Part shown: one piece after another, positions 1-8,445 of the stretch
Layout: every line of letters begins with the position of its first letter
Position numbering within the stretch: the first letter of the stretch is position 1
DNA from: an uncultured virus (IMG/VR IMGVR_UViG_3300027977_000020)
Lineage: Duplodnaviria; Heunggongvirae; Uroviricota; Caudoviricetes
IMG/VR virus record: IMGVR_UViG_3300027977_000020
Reading direction: 5' to 3' (one strand)
DNA length: 64,000 nucleotides
The notes under the pieces: model-generated
What the model was told of the DNA's origin: nothing
The model's input: only the letters and a program-made list of their open reading frames with translations
Database searches by the model: none
Position numbers and translations under genes: made by a program

Positions 1-125
1 CGCCGTCGTCGTCATACAAGCTTGTATATTAAAAAAAAGGCAGCTTTTACACATTGCGGCAGGTTTGTGATACATAGTGGCGCGGAATTCTTTATACTTT
101 CCCGCCCCATGACAGGAAGGATAAT

Positions 126-356
126 TAAACAGTGCTGTTTATTAATATACTTAAGGCGGGGTGGTACTTAGTAAATAATTAAATGCTAAGTAACACCTAA
201 CAATGTATTAAGTATTAACTAAACCTAAGTAATAAGTAATAGATAACTAAGTATTAAATAACATTTAGCTATGTGTTAAGAATTATACAGTACTGTTTAA
301 TACTTATTTCCTATCACCCCCCGCGCTAGTTGTTGATAATTATACAGTGTTGTTTA
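126..356. repeat. Three copies of a 16-bp near-palindrome TAWACAGTRYTGTTTA within AT-rich inverted-repeat DNA
   Basis: TAAACAGTGCTGTTTA 126-141, TATACAGTACTGTTTA 284-299, TATACAGTGTTGTTTA 341-356; copies 2 and 3 lie in an imperfect ~41-bp inverted repeat (261-301 / 339-379). Confidence 0.8.
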
Positions 357-441
357 ATTAATAACATATAACTAAATGTATAATTGATAACAACTGCCCT
401 AAGGCTCACCTAATGATAAGCAACGCTTATGGTTCACCTGG

Positions 442-471
442 TTGACGTCTGGTTCACGGTGTGGTTAGTAT
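442..471 (+). promoter_or_regulatory. Putative sigma70-type early promoter P1
   Basis: TTGACG-18bp-TAGTAT, followed by GTTCAA and a GAAA-capped hairpin (CCGAACGG GAAA CCGATCGG). Confidence 0.5.
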
Positions 472-605
472 GGGTTCAACCGAACGGGAAACCGATCGGC
501 CACGCCTAGCCCGCGGCTCCTGTCATAGGATTCCAAAGCTAAACGAGGCGAGCCATGTGAAGCTAAGCCTTCCCGCTCCCATTGTTAAGCTTTGTAACAA
601 CCCTA

Positions 606-634
606 TCGACAAGCTGCCGATCCCATGCTAGGCT
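606..634 (+). promoter_or_regulatory. Putative sigma70-type early promoter P2
   Basis: TCGACA-17bp-TAGGCT with extended TGn; followed by GTTCAA and a GC hairpin (643-662), same layout as P1. Confidence 0.55.
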
Positions 635-640
635 TAGTTC

Positions 641-1239
641 AAGCGGGGGGAGAACCACCCGCCACTACATAACAGCTCAGCCATCGGTTGATCTGGCCCG
701 GAACGGGACGTCATACAAAGTAACCGAAAGGTGAGAGTATGAGACGACGGATCATGGCGCCTAGATCTTCTCGACAGGCTGTTGAACTGATACCCCTGAG
801 GCTAGTAGCCATAGGATTGGTGTGCCCATAACCTCGCGAGAGGCTAAGCCCCAACCCAGCACTAGAATCTCCCACCCAACCGGTTGATCCTGCGCGATCG
901 ACTAAGGCAGGTTTGGAGCTAGTGCCTTGCCCGAAAGGCCCTTGGTTCATGCTGTAGAAAGTTATCTTCCTACAGTCTAGCTGCGTTATCTATTACCATG
1001 ATTCAACGCCAGGCAAGCCAGGTTAGTGACCTGTAAGAAGTCCAGGGATTGATTGTGGGAACGGTAACTCAATACAAACACAATTCTCACCGGGGGTGGT
1101 GTGTCCTTTCCTGTCACACATGCAGGGTATCTGTACACTTCAGCGCTTAGCGAACGCTGGCCACCCGCATTTTTAACAATTTAATAACATCCATGCTCTG
1201 CATGCGCTTTATGCTCTACTTTAGGTAGGGCTTTTTTTT
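641..1239 (+). ncRNA. Candidate large structured non-coding RNA (family unassigned)
   Basis: No credible ORF; GC-richer than flanks; more than 12 nested helices with GNRA-type loops; bounded by promoter P2 and the terminator at 1213-1239. Confidence 0.6.
1213..1239 (+). terminator. Intrinsic terminator
   Basis: GCTCTACT-TTA-GGTAGGGC stem followed by T8. Confidence 0.65.
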
Positions 1240-1402
1240 CGGGATTGTATCCTACCGGGGCCATACATTGCTTAGCAGTGTTCTCGGTAGGGTACTTAAT
1301 CTCAGCTTAATGATCATTTATGATCACGATGATTCTCTCACTAAACTAACAAGTTTACTGAGGGATTCTCTCCCTCAAAATCACACAAACCAGGTGCTAA
1401 TC

Positions 1403-1714
1403 ATGACTGTTGTTGATCAAGATTTAGCGTTGGAGTTAGAACTCTACGCAGGATACTTTTCAAGTGTACATTTCAACGGTATTGGCCGGACACTAACTAA
1501 ATTCTGGCGCAAGGATTCATTTGATTATGAACGCGCTTTAGGTTATGTATACCGTAACCTAGTTATTCCAGCGGCTAAGGATTACAAAGTGTGCCACGGC
1601 TCGCTTAATCAAGCTTGGCACACAATGTTTCCCATCCCAGAACGTAAGTTAGCCGCTGAGAATATACTCAACCATTTTGTGGGTGAGTTCAAACTAAACA
1701 ACTTTTGGAGTTAA
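1403..1714 (+). CDS. Hypothetical early phage protein
   Basis: ORF; ATG 1403 (MTVVDQ) preferred over TTG 1268 because it follows an A/C-rich leader like other early genes. Confidence 0.65.
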   Translation: MTVVDQDLALELELYAGYFSSVHFNGIGRTLTKFWRKDSFDYERALGYVYRNLVIPAAKDYKVCHGSLNQAWHTMFPIPERKLAAENILNHFVGEFKLNNFWS

Positions 1715-1716
1715 CA

Positions 1717-1896
1717 ATGGAACGAATCATTTATCCTCTGGAGGTAACCTTTGCCTCCATTAATATAGGCCAGCAGTTTATACCCAAAGGGGGTGGATTA
1801 TGCATCAAAGCAACTAATCGAACTGCGGATCTTTGCTTGTTAACTCATAAGAAACGTGTGTACTTTAAGCAGGCAGATATTGTTTACTATTACTAA
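1717..1896 (+). CDS. Hypothetical early protein
   Basis: Short ORF tightly packed between neighbours. Confidence 0.5.
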   Translation: MERIIYPLEVTFASINIGQQFIPKGGGLCIKATNRTADLCLLTHKKRVYFKQADIVYYY

Positions 1897-1926
1897 CCAC
1901 ACCAAAATCAAACCAAGGTATTAATC

Positions 1927-2184
1927 ATGGCCCGCAAAACATTCAACGTGTCAGAGTTCAAAGACTACGTGAACTCTAAACTTGTTCTTGATTATTTATC
2001 AAAGGATGAGAAGTATGGTTTAATCACTGCACTTGATCACTTATTACATGAAACCGGAAACTATAAAGGCTTCGGTTATGTATACATGGACGATGTAAGG
2101 CCCTGCTTCCCAGATAAAGTAGGCGCTGAGGCATGTAATCCTGCATGGGATATGTCTCGCGATGTACGTAGAAAGTATTACTAA
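1927..2184 (+). CDS. Hypothetical early phage protein
   Basis: 85-aa ORF with LHETGNYKGFGY segment; A/C-rich leader. Confidence 0.7.
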   Translation: MARKTFNVSEFKDYVNSKLVLDYLSKDEKYGLITALDHLLHETGNYKGFGYVYMDDVRPCFPDKVGAEACNPAWDMSRDVRRKYY

Positions 2185-2203
2185 ACCACACCAGATTCAC
2201 ACA

Positions 2204-2416
2204 ATGAACTTGCAATCACAACTCGATCACTATCTCACCCAGTGGGATATCAAACAATCCACCAAGCGTGGATATAATCCGTTCGCCCTAGGTATCTACT
2301 TAGAACGGGCAGCAGATTTAGCCAGTGATGTAGCTCAAGGCGCCACAATTAGTGACGCCATTGATGCACACTTCAACGACAGAATTGCAGCCATGCTGCA
2401 CAAAAAGTTCTCTTAA
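2204..2416 (+). CDS. Hypothetical early phage protein
   Basis: ORF from ATG 2204 (MNLQSQ). Confidence 0.6.
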   Translation: MNLQSQLDHYLTQWDIKQSTKRGYNPFALGIYLERAADLASDVAQGATISDAIDAHFNDRIAAMLHKKFS

Positions 2417-2428
2417 TTCACCACGTAA

Positions 2429-2599
2429 ATGAACTCCGCAATGACACTCACCGCCATCAATTTTCTGACTGCTAGGGAACAATTAATGGAGGACATTGAT
2501 TGTATCATTGATGAATACTTTCAGGAGCACGGTATCACAAACGACCCTCAACTTGTTAAGGTCTTATGTGACGCCGTATGTAACAACTTTCCTTCCTAA
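2429..2599 (+). CDS. Small hypothetical protein (not in ORF track)
   Basis: MNSAMTLTAINFLTAREQLMEDIDCIIDEYF...LCDAVCNNFPS; resembles small cyanophage proteins and fills the gap between genes. Confidence 0.6.
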   Translation: MNSAMTLTAINFLTAREQLMEDIDCIIDEYFQEHGITNDPQLVKVLCDAVCNNFPS

Positions 2600-2621
2600 T
2601 CCACCACGCAAACTAACCGCC

Positions 2622-2843
2622 ATGGACTTCACAATCACAGACAAGCTCCAAACTATTAACGGTAAGGAGTATTCCTTATCTGCTGTTAATGGATTAACAC
2701 GGGTTGAGATTAACAACCGATTGCATTACATCGGCGATCAAATTCTCAACCTGAGAATCAAACAGAATGAGTTAGTTAAGATGCGCGATGCATTAGATAC
2801 TCAACACGAAGAAGTAGATTTATTCCACGAGATGTTTGGTTAA
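2622..2843 (+). CDS. Hypothetical early protein
   Basis: ORF from ATG 2622 (MDFTITD). Confidence 0.6.
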   Translation: MDFTITDKLQTINGKEYSLSAVNGLTRVEINNRLHYIGDQILNLRIKQNELVKMRDALDTQHEEVDLFHEMFG

Positions 2844-3024
2844 ACATGATCACTATTATGGTTATTTTATTAGTAACCCTGCTAATAATCGGTTTCAGCT
2901 TGTTATATGTGGCGAGCGATAACATTCGAGATGAGGGTGACAACAACTAAACCCCCACTAAATCCTCGCTCGCTCCGCTCACTGCGGGCCAAAGCACACA
3001 CTAACCTAACACTCATTAACTAAC

Positions 3025-3237
3025 ATGGAAACCTACAGAGTAACTGCAATCGAATTCAATCTAAGCGACGATGAGGACTTAACAAAGTACGAAGCAATTC
3101 GTATCAATGAAATACTCGAAGAGAAATATCTTCACAGTGAATGGACTGTAGAAGATGAGGGATTTAGTATCTCTAAGTTAATCTCAGATGAATGTAGGTG
3201 GAGTGTAGACTCCATTGACTACAGACTAGTTAGATAA
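3025..3237 (+). CDS. Small acidic hypothetical protein
   Basis: 70-aa acidic ORF with A/C-rich leader. Confidence 0.6.
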   Translation: METYRVTAIEFNLSDDEDLTKYEAIRINEILEEKYLHSEWTVEDEGFSISKLISDECRWSVDSIDYRLVR

Positions 3238-3268
3238 CCAAACCAAACCAACCAATCAAACTAACACC

Positions 3269-3997
3269 ATGGCTCAGCAACTCTGCATCGGTAAAGGTAA
3301 CGCTAAGTTATCTAAATCCACGCTCACGTTTAGTATACCTGCGGGGCGAACTTGTCCAGGCGCCAGAGATTGTAAGGCTTGGGTGAGTGCAGGTAAGATT
3401 GTTGATGGTCCCTATGTAATCTTCAGATGCCTTGCAGCATCTAACGAAGTTATGTATCCCAACGTGCATAAGTCTAGAGTTGATAACTTAAATGTTATCG
3501 CTGAAGCACTTAAAGAAGATCAATATACATATGCCTCACAGATATTAATCGATAGCATCCGACCCAAAGTAACTAAAAGCATTGATAAGTTTAGAGTTCA
3601 TCCATCGGGTGACTTTTTTAGTGAGCGTTATTTGGCTACATGGTTACTGGTAGCTCAACAATTTCCAAGCATAAAGTTTTATGCTTACACTAAATCACTG
3701 CATATGTTTGTACACGAAGGCAAGTTAATAGATCTTCCCAGTAATTTCTACATCACAGCATCTGCGGGCGGTGAGTATTCACACTTGGAACACTTATTCC
3801 CACGGGTTGCCTACGTTGTTAATACTGAAGAAGAAGCTGAAGCATTAAACCTAGAGATAGATCACGATGATTCACACTGCTTTGGTAATAAATCTTTTGC
3901 CTTGTTAGTGCACGGAACACAGCCAAAGAATAGTATTGCAGGCGCTGCAATCCGTAAGCGTAGGCAACAAGGTAAGCATGCAGGTTATAGTAAGTAA
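3269..3997 (+). CDS. Gp88-like phage protein (Cys-rich, radical-SAM-like fold)
   Basis: GNAKL, TCPGARDC...C, RVHPSGDFFS and FYAYTKS motifs typical of the Gp88 family. Confidence 0.75.
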   Translation: MAQQLCIGKGNAKLSKSTLTFSIPAGRTCPGARDCKAWVSAGKIVDGPYVIFRCLAASNEVMYPNVHKSRVDNLNVIAEALKEDQYTYASQILIDSIRPKVTKSIDKFRVHPSGDFFSERYLATWLLVAQQFPSIKFYAYTKSLHMFVHEGKLIDLPSNFYITASAGGEYSHLEHLFPRVAYVVNTEEEAEALNLEIDHDDSHCFGNKSFALLVHGTQPKNSIAGAAIRKRRQQGKHAGYSK

Positions 3998-4071
3998 CTA
4001 AACGTATTAAGTAACACAGTGGGCCGCGCATACTTACCACGCGGGCTTAAACTAACCCCAATTCATTAACT

Positions 4072-4245
4072 ATGAACGCTCTAATTACTCCACTTTCTGC
4101 GATTTTTATTGGTACGGCCATTGGATTTAGTGCTTTGACTCCAGTTCAAAACTTGCTAAATTCCTACATTGAACACAATTGTAGGGGCCGAGTTGAAACT
4201 GTAACGATCACACATAGGCAACTTAAACACTGTGTGCGTACGTAG
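4072..4245 (+). CDS. Small membrane-anchored hypothetical protein (not in ORF track)
   Basis: 57-aa ORF MNALITPLSAIFIGTAIGF... with hydrophobic N-terminus. Confidence 0.45.
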   Translation: MNALITPLSAIFIGTAIGFSALTPVQNLLNSYIEHNCRGRVETVTITHRQLKHCVRT

Positions 4246-4348
4246 ATATGTTACATCACAGTTTGTAAACAAGGTAGCTAACCTTGGCACCACCCATCTA
4301 TAACCCATAGGTGCGGTGGGCCCGTACACACTCAAACCCTTACCCTCT

Positions 4349-4609
4349 ATGAGGCACCAAGTGAAACAACTAAGCAAATGGATTGAAGAGATGCAAGCTT
4401 TCATTAAAGCTGAGGAACAGAAACCTATGCAGTACACAGATTTTCACGCAATTAGTGCGGTTGAAATTGCACTAGATGCACTCAGTGACTGTGTCGACTA
4501 CGATCCAACCCCGCAGTTTTTATACGATCACAGCGGGGGAGAACCTGTCATAAGTGCCCGAGAGCTTCATGACAAAGCCTTACAAACTCATCAGGATCTA
4601 CACACATGA
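4349..4609 (+). CDS. Hypothetical early protein
   Basis: ORF with DYDPTPQFLYD..GGEP segment; start uncertain. Confidence 0.55.
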   Translation: MRHQVKQLSKWIEEMQAFIKAEEQKPMQYTDFHAISAVEIALDALSDCVDYDPTPQFLYDHSGGEPVISARELHDKALQTHQDLHT

Positions 4610-4723
4610 AATTCTTATTCAACCTGCTCTGTTTTTTGATTGCAGTCACCACCACAGCGGTGGTGATTGCTGAAGTAGGCACTCAGCCTGCACCCTATGC
4701 AAACCCAATTCCTAAAACTCACC

Positions 4724-4912
4724 ATGAATGATTCTCAGATCTACTCAACCTTCCTAACCGCAGCAGAATTCGGTGGGGGTTTTTATAGTTCACTAGGTGC
4801 ATCAGGCCTGAGAGCTGATGTACAAAACAAGGCGCGATTATTGTTAGCTTTTCCTGAGTTAGTTGACAAATATGGGCCCGAATCACCATTCCAACGTACA
4901 GTACAACATTAA
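4724..4912 (+). CDS. Hypothetical phage protein
   Basis: FGGGF...A..RAD..NK.RLL.AFPEL pattern seen in small phage proteins. Confidence 0.6.
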   Translation: MNDSQIYSTFLTAAEFGGGFYSSLGASGLRADVQNKARLLLAFPELVDKYGPESPFQRTVQH

Positions 4913-4920
4913 TCTGCATT

Positions 4921-5172
4921 ATGGAAATTCAAGAGATCCAAGTTCAAAACGATCTAGCAGTTATCTATGCTCACATAGATGACACGGGTTTATGCACAGC
5001 AACTGTAGATATAACTGATATACCAGCTTGGTTACCTTTAGATCGAATGAGTTTAATTGAACAAATTCCAATTATGGAGAAATACGCAAACTTAGAAAAA
5101 CTTGAATGGAATCTTATGGAAGATAAAGTTCAAGAACCCGAATCACCCGCCCCTTGCACTGTGCAACCATGA
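4921..5172 (+). CDS. Hypothetical protein
   Basis: ORF within early gene array. Confidence 0.5.
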   Translation: MEIQEIQVQNDLAVIYAHIDDTGLCTATVDITDIPAWLPLDRMSLIEQIPIMEKYANLEKLEWNLMEDKVQEPESPAPCTVQP

Positions 5173-5483
5173 CTAAATCTATTTATGAGCTATGTCAAGA
5201 ATTTCGTAAAGCAGCGAAAGGAACAGTATTAGAACAAGATCGAATTTCAAACTTTCTTGTGGATAATCCCGAGCTTAAAACAACCACGGTCTCGTTTGAT
5301 ATTAGCGACGTAGACTTAAAAGCTTTACGTTGGATAGCTCAAACTAGAGACGAAAAGATGTCTCAGTCACTACACAAGGCTATACATACGCTTGGTTATC
5401 TTATAGATCTTCAAATTTCGGGCGGCACAATTATATGTGAACATGTTAATGGAGAGCGCAACACATTGTCATTAATTAAATAA
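5169..5483 (+). CDS. Hypothetical protein, possible ribbon-helix-helix domain
   Basis: ATGA overlap with upstream stop; TTVSFDIS strand followed by two helices. Confidence 0.5.
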   Translation: MTKSIYELCQEFRKAAKGTVLEQDRISNFLVDNPELKTTTVSFDISDVDLKALRWIAQTRDEKMSQSLHKAIHTLGYLIDLQISGGTIICEHVNGERNTLSLIK

Positions 5484-5518
5484 ACTAAGTAAAATGAGAC
5501 TCAACTAATAGCTTAATC

Positions 5519-5770
5519 ATGCCTAACTGGCTTTGGCGATCAATACTTGCTACAGCGATTTCTATTATGCTGCTCACTGTAGCCCAGTGGGCAGCTTGTA
5601 GATTTTATGTATTTCCTACTGCGTGGCCTTGGTATGCTAAATACGTTGGAACTCCTGAAGGGAAAGCTATTGAAGCCCAACCAACTTGTGCAGATAGCGA
5701 TAGTCGAGCTATAACATCGATGATGGCCGTGCTTACAACATTAATAAGCCTTAGTCGCAAGGCTGACTAA
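5519..5770 (+). CDS. Small membrane protein
   Basis: Two hydrophobic segments, Cys pair, C-terminal LTTLISLSRK. Confidence 0.6.
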   Translation: MPNWLWRSILATAISIMLLTVAQWAACRFYVFPTAWPWYAKYVGTPEGKAIEAQPTCADSDSRAITSMMAVLTTLISLSRKAD

Positions 5771-5840
5771 CTTGAATAAAATTATAAATATTAACCTTGT
5801 GGGAGTCAGCTAAACTTTAGTTGCCCCACGCTGGAATTAA

Positions 5841-6023
5841 ATGAAAGTTAAGAGCCGTATTGTTCTTGAGAATGCAATTGAACAAGGTATTAGTTATGGC
5901 TACTCTCGTGCATTTAAACACAACGAAAAACCAAACGAACAACATATTCAACAATGCATTGAGGATGCCATCTGGCTAGAACTCGACAAAATGTTATCTT
6001 TTGATGACGATTATGCCCACTAA
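5841..6023 (+). CDS. Hypothetical phage protein
   Basis: IEQGISYGYSRAFKH..P pattern seen in small phage proteins. Confidence 0.6.
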   Translation: MKVKSRIVLENAIEQGISYGYSRAFKHNEKPNEQHIQQCIEDAIWLELDKMLSFDDDYAH

Positions 6024-6037
6024 CACCACGTACTAAC

Positions 6038-6352
6038 ATGAATCTAATCAACGCGTTGCGGCCTTTTGCTCAATTCAACGAGCGCGAAGTTTCCTGTCAC
6101 ACGCTGATCCTATTTTTAGCAATTGCACAGGCTAAAGATGGAATGCTTCAAGCAGAGCTTTCCGAAATGCTGAGCATGTCTAGAAGTTCAGTTTCTCGAA
6201 ACTGCTGCTTGTTAAGCAACAAAACTCAGAAGAACCAGAGAGGCATGGGTTTAATAGGAAGAAAGCGTTTTCAGTACGACACAAGGCTAAACGTTCTTAC
6301 CTTAACGGAAACAGGCAAACAACTATACAAACACATCTTAGACCACCTGTAA
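6038..6352 (+). CDS. MarR-like winged-helix regulator
   Basis: QAELSEMLSMSRSSVSRN helix-turn-helix and DTR...LTLTETGK wing. Confidence 0.8.
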   Translation: MNLINALRPFAQFNEREVSCHTLILFLAIAQAKDGMLQAELSEMLSMSRSSVSRNCCLLSNKTQKNQRGMGLIGRKRFQYDTRLNVLTLTETGKQLYKHILDHL

Positions 6353-6470
6353 AACTTTAAAAGTTTGATTAGGTGCGAAAATTGAGTGTCAAAAGTTGAG
6401 TTAAGAAATAGTTTACTTATTTTTAATTATTGAGTGTACTAAGCACTTCAGTGTTAATAAAGATAAACGG

Positions 6471-6499
6471 TTGACAGCATAAGCGCAGCATGATATCTT
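6471..6499 (+). promoter_or_regulatory. sigma70-type promoter for the AAA-VWA operon
   Basis: TTGACA-17bp-TATCTT with extended TGn. Confidence 0.7.
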
Positions 6500-6563
6500 A
6501 TGCTACATGGGCGGCACCGGCCCTAAACGTGGTGCAGCCAACCCTACATCACACCAGACCTCT

Positions 6564-6989
6564 ATGTCCAAACTATCTGTACCGAATCTTGTACAACAAG
6601 GCAAGCTCGCTGCTCATCTTTACGATGAGTGTGACGTTGCCTTATCTCAGTTAAACGAATCTTTTGGCGTACCCTATGATGCGGCCCGAAGTAATTTAAC
6701 TAATGATTTAGTTAAAGCTGACTTATCGGGTATCGATCTTAGCTTGTTTCAAGGTAAAGAGTCACTATTTCGTTTCCCAGAACACAATGCAAACATCGTG
6801 GTGCGAATAACCAAAAGCCCCACGGCTCACTCCAAAATAGATAAACTCGATGACAAAATTGCACAGCTTGAACAAAAGCTTAAGGTGGCTAAACTCGAAC
6901 GCAAACAGTTGATTGATCAACTGAAACTAACGTTCAAAGTTGACTTCATCACAGACAAAATCAACCTCGCATTCTCCCGAATCAAGTGA
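6564..6989 (+). CDS. Hypothetical coiled-coil protein
   Basis: First gene after the promoter; ATG 6564 (MSKLSVP). Confidence 0.7.
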   Translation: MSKLSVPNLVQQGKLAAHLYDECDVALSQLNESFGVPYDAARSNLTNDLVKADLSGIDLSLFQGKESLFRFPEHNANIVVRITKSPTAHSKIDKLDDKIAQLEQKLKVAKLERKQLIDQLKLTFKVDFITDKINLAFSRIK

Positions 6990-8206
6990 TCACTATGGAC
7001 AAAAACATTTTCATCTTGCGCGTTGAAATTAGCGCCAGTGTTAGACAGAGCACACAGATCAAATTAGATGATTTGCGGTTGCAGAAATCAGTCATTGAAG
7101 CTTTAGAAAAGCAACAATCAGTTTCTGTGAGACCTAACTTATCAGGTAAGCTCAAAGAATTTTTGAGTTACTTGCGGATTGAACAACGGAAATTGTATGA
7201 CGATTGCACGATCCATCAAGGAGACACTCACTTTCTCCACGAAGATTACTTTACGGACGCAATGCAACGCATTACCTCAATCAGACAGAACGCCGCAAAC
7301 TTTAACGAATTATTAAATGAAATGTGGCTACCGGAATACGAGAAATGGGCGACCACTGTTTCTGGTTTCCTTGAACCACTATTTCAGCATGAAGATCCTT
7401 TGTCGTACAAGATGGCTAAGGAAGCTTACTTATCCTTGTTCCCAACAAAACTAGAGTTCGAGAATCCTATAAACGTTTACGTTTTAGGACCGAATCCTGT
7501 GTTCATGGAAGCTGCAACAAGCAAAGACGATCACCCATTAACAAAAGCTATATGGGAAGCGTCAGTTACAAACACTAATGAGGTGCTTGAAGCAGCTCGA
7601 TCAGGAGCAGCAGATCGCGCCTGCCTTAAAGCAGCGGAATTGTTGGATGATCTTGACGTGCGGATCGCTAGCAAAATAGGTGAGCGACAAACAGGAGGAT
7701 CAAAACGTAGAGGTTCCTGGCAAATGACGGCAGAGAATTTACAGTTGATCTCTTCACACTGTCCAGGGTTCGAAAAGCTAACGAGTTTAACAAAAGAACT
7801 AACAGAAGTTGGCCTTGGCTTACAAGCGGGCGAAGCTAAGAAGCGGGATAAAGCATACAATAATTTTGCGGAGATAAAAGTAAAGATAAGAGAGGAACTA
7901 GAAAACATAGTTGCCACGAGAGATTCTTCGGACGGTTTAGAACTACTGAAGAAATCTTTAACCTTGTCTGGAACGTATAAAGATCTAACTCTTAAGATAA
8001 GAGAAGCTGAGTCGGAGGAGCAGTTAGAAGAACTTTATAGTCAGATCGAGCTAGAAACTAACGTATACAATCAGCGAGCTAAACACCTACAAAATTTATT
8101 TACGCAACAAAGTGAATTTGTTAAGTCAGCGAATATGGATTTATCCGAAGTATTAGCTGAAGTAAGAACACTAGGTGCCAAGACTGTGGAGGAGTTAGAT
8201 TTTTAA
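6986..8206 (+). CDS. Alpha-helical protein, possibly DUF3150-like partner of the AAA-VWA pair
   Basis: 406-aa helical ORF upstream of the AAA/VWA genes; family call rests on context only. Confidence 0.5.
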   Translation: MITMDKNIFILRVEISASVRQSTQIKLDDLRLQKSVIEALEKQQSVSVRPNLSGKLKEFLSYLRIEQRKLYDDCTIHQGDTHFLHEDYFTDAMQRITSIRQNAANFNELLNEMWLPEYEKWATTVSGFLEPLFQHEDPLSYKMAKEAYLSLFPTKLEFENPINVYVLGPNPVFMEAATSKDDHPLTKAIWEASVTNTNEVLEAARSGAADRACLKAAELLDDLDVRIASKIGERQTGGSKRRGSWQMTAENLQLISSHCPGFEKLTSLTKELTEVGLGLQAGEAKKRDKAYNNFAEIKVKIREELENIVATRDSSDGLELLKKSLTLSGTYKDLTLKIREAESEEQLEELYSQIELETNVYNQRAKHLQNLFTQQSEFVKSANMDLSEVLAEVRTLGAKTVEELDF

Positions 8207-8445
8207 TGAAGAAAACAATCTACACAATTGCATCCGAAAAAGGTTTTCTTAAAGACATAGAGGAATACACAATGGATATCTTGGAAGCAGTCACTTTTAC
8301 AAATGTTGACTATGCTTGCGAACGACTGCTTTCTATAAAGCATGCACTTAAAAATAAGTGCTGGGTTACAACGCAAGAGATCACATTTCCAAGACCTAAA
8401 CCAGCTGACATCCATCGCTTCGACACACTCACCAACCAATCATGA
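8206..8445 (+). CDS. Hypothetical protein
   Basis: Start and stop overlap both neighbours (TAATG, ATGA). Confidence 0.6.
   Translation: MKKTIYTIASEKGFLKDIEEYTMDILEAVTFTNVDYACERLLSIKHALKNKCWVTTQEITFPRPKPADIHRFDTLTNQS

Noticed and set aside
711..950. 79-aa minus-strand ORF
   Set aside because: Antisense to the structured RNA candidate, opposite to local gene orientation, no recognisable motif
1092..1168. Cloverleaf-like junction as a tRNA
   Set aside because: No T-loop GTTCRA or canonical arm lengths; treated as part of the ncRNA candidate. No tRNA or rRNA genes were recognised in the window
2965..2990. CTCGCTCGCTCCGCTCACTGCGGGCC resembles the AAV ITR Rep-binding element
   Set aside because: Short GCTC repeat; no HUH Rep gene or ITR hairpin in the window, so probably coincidental
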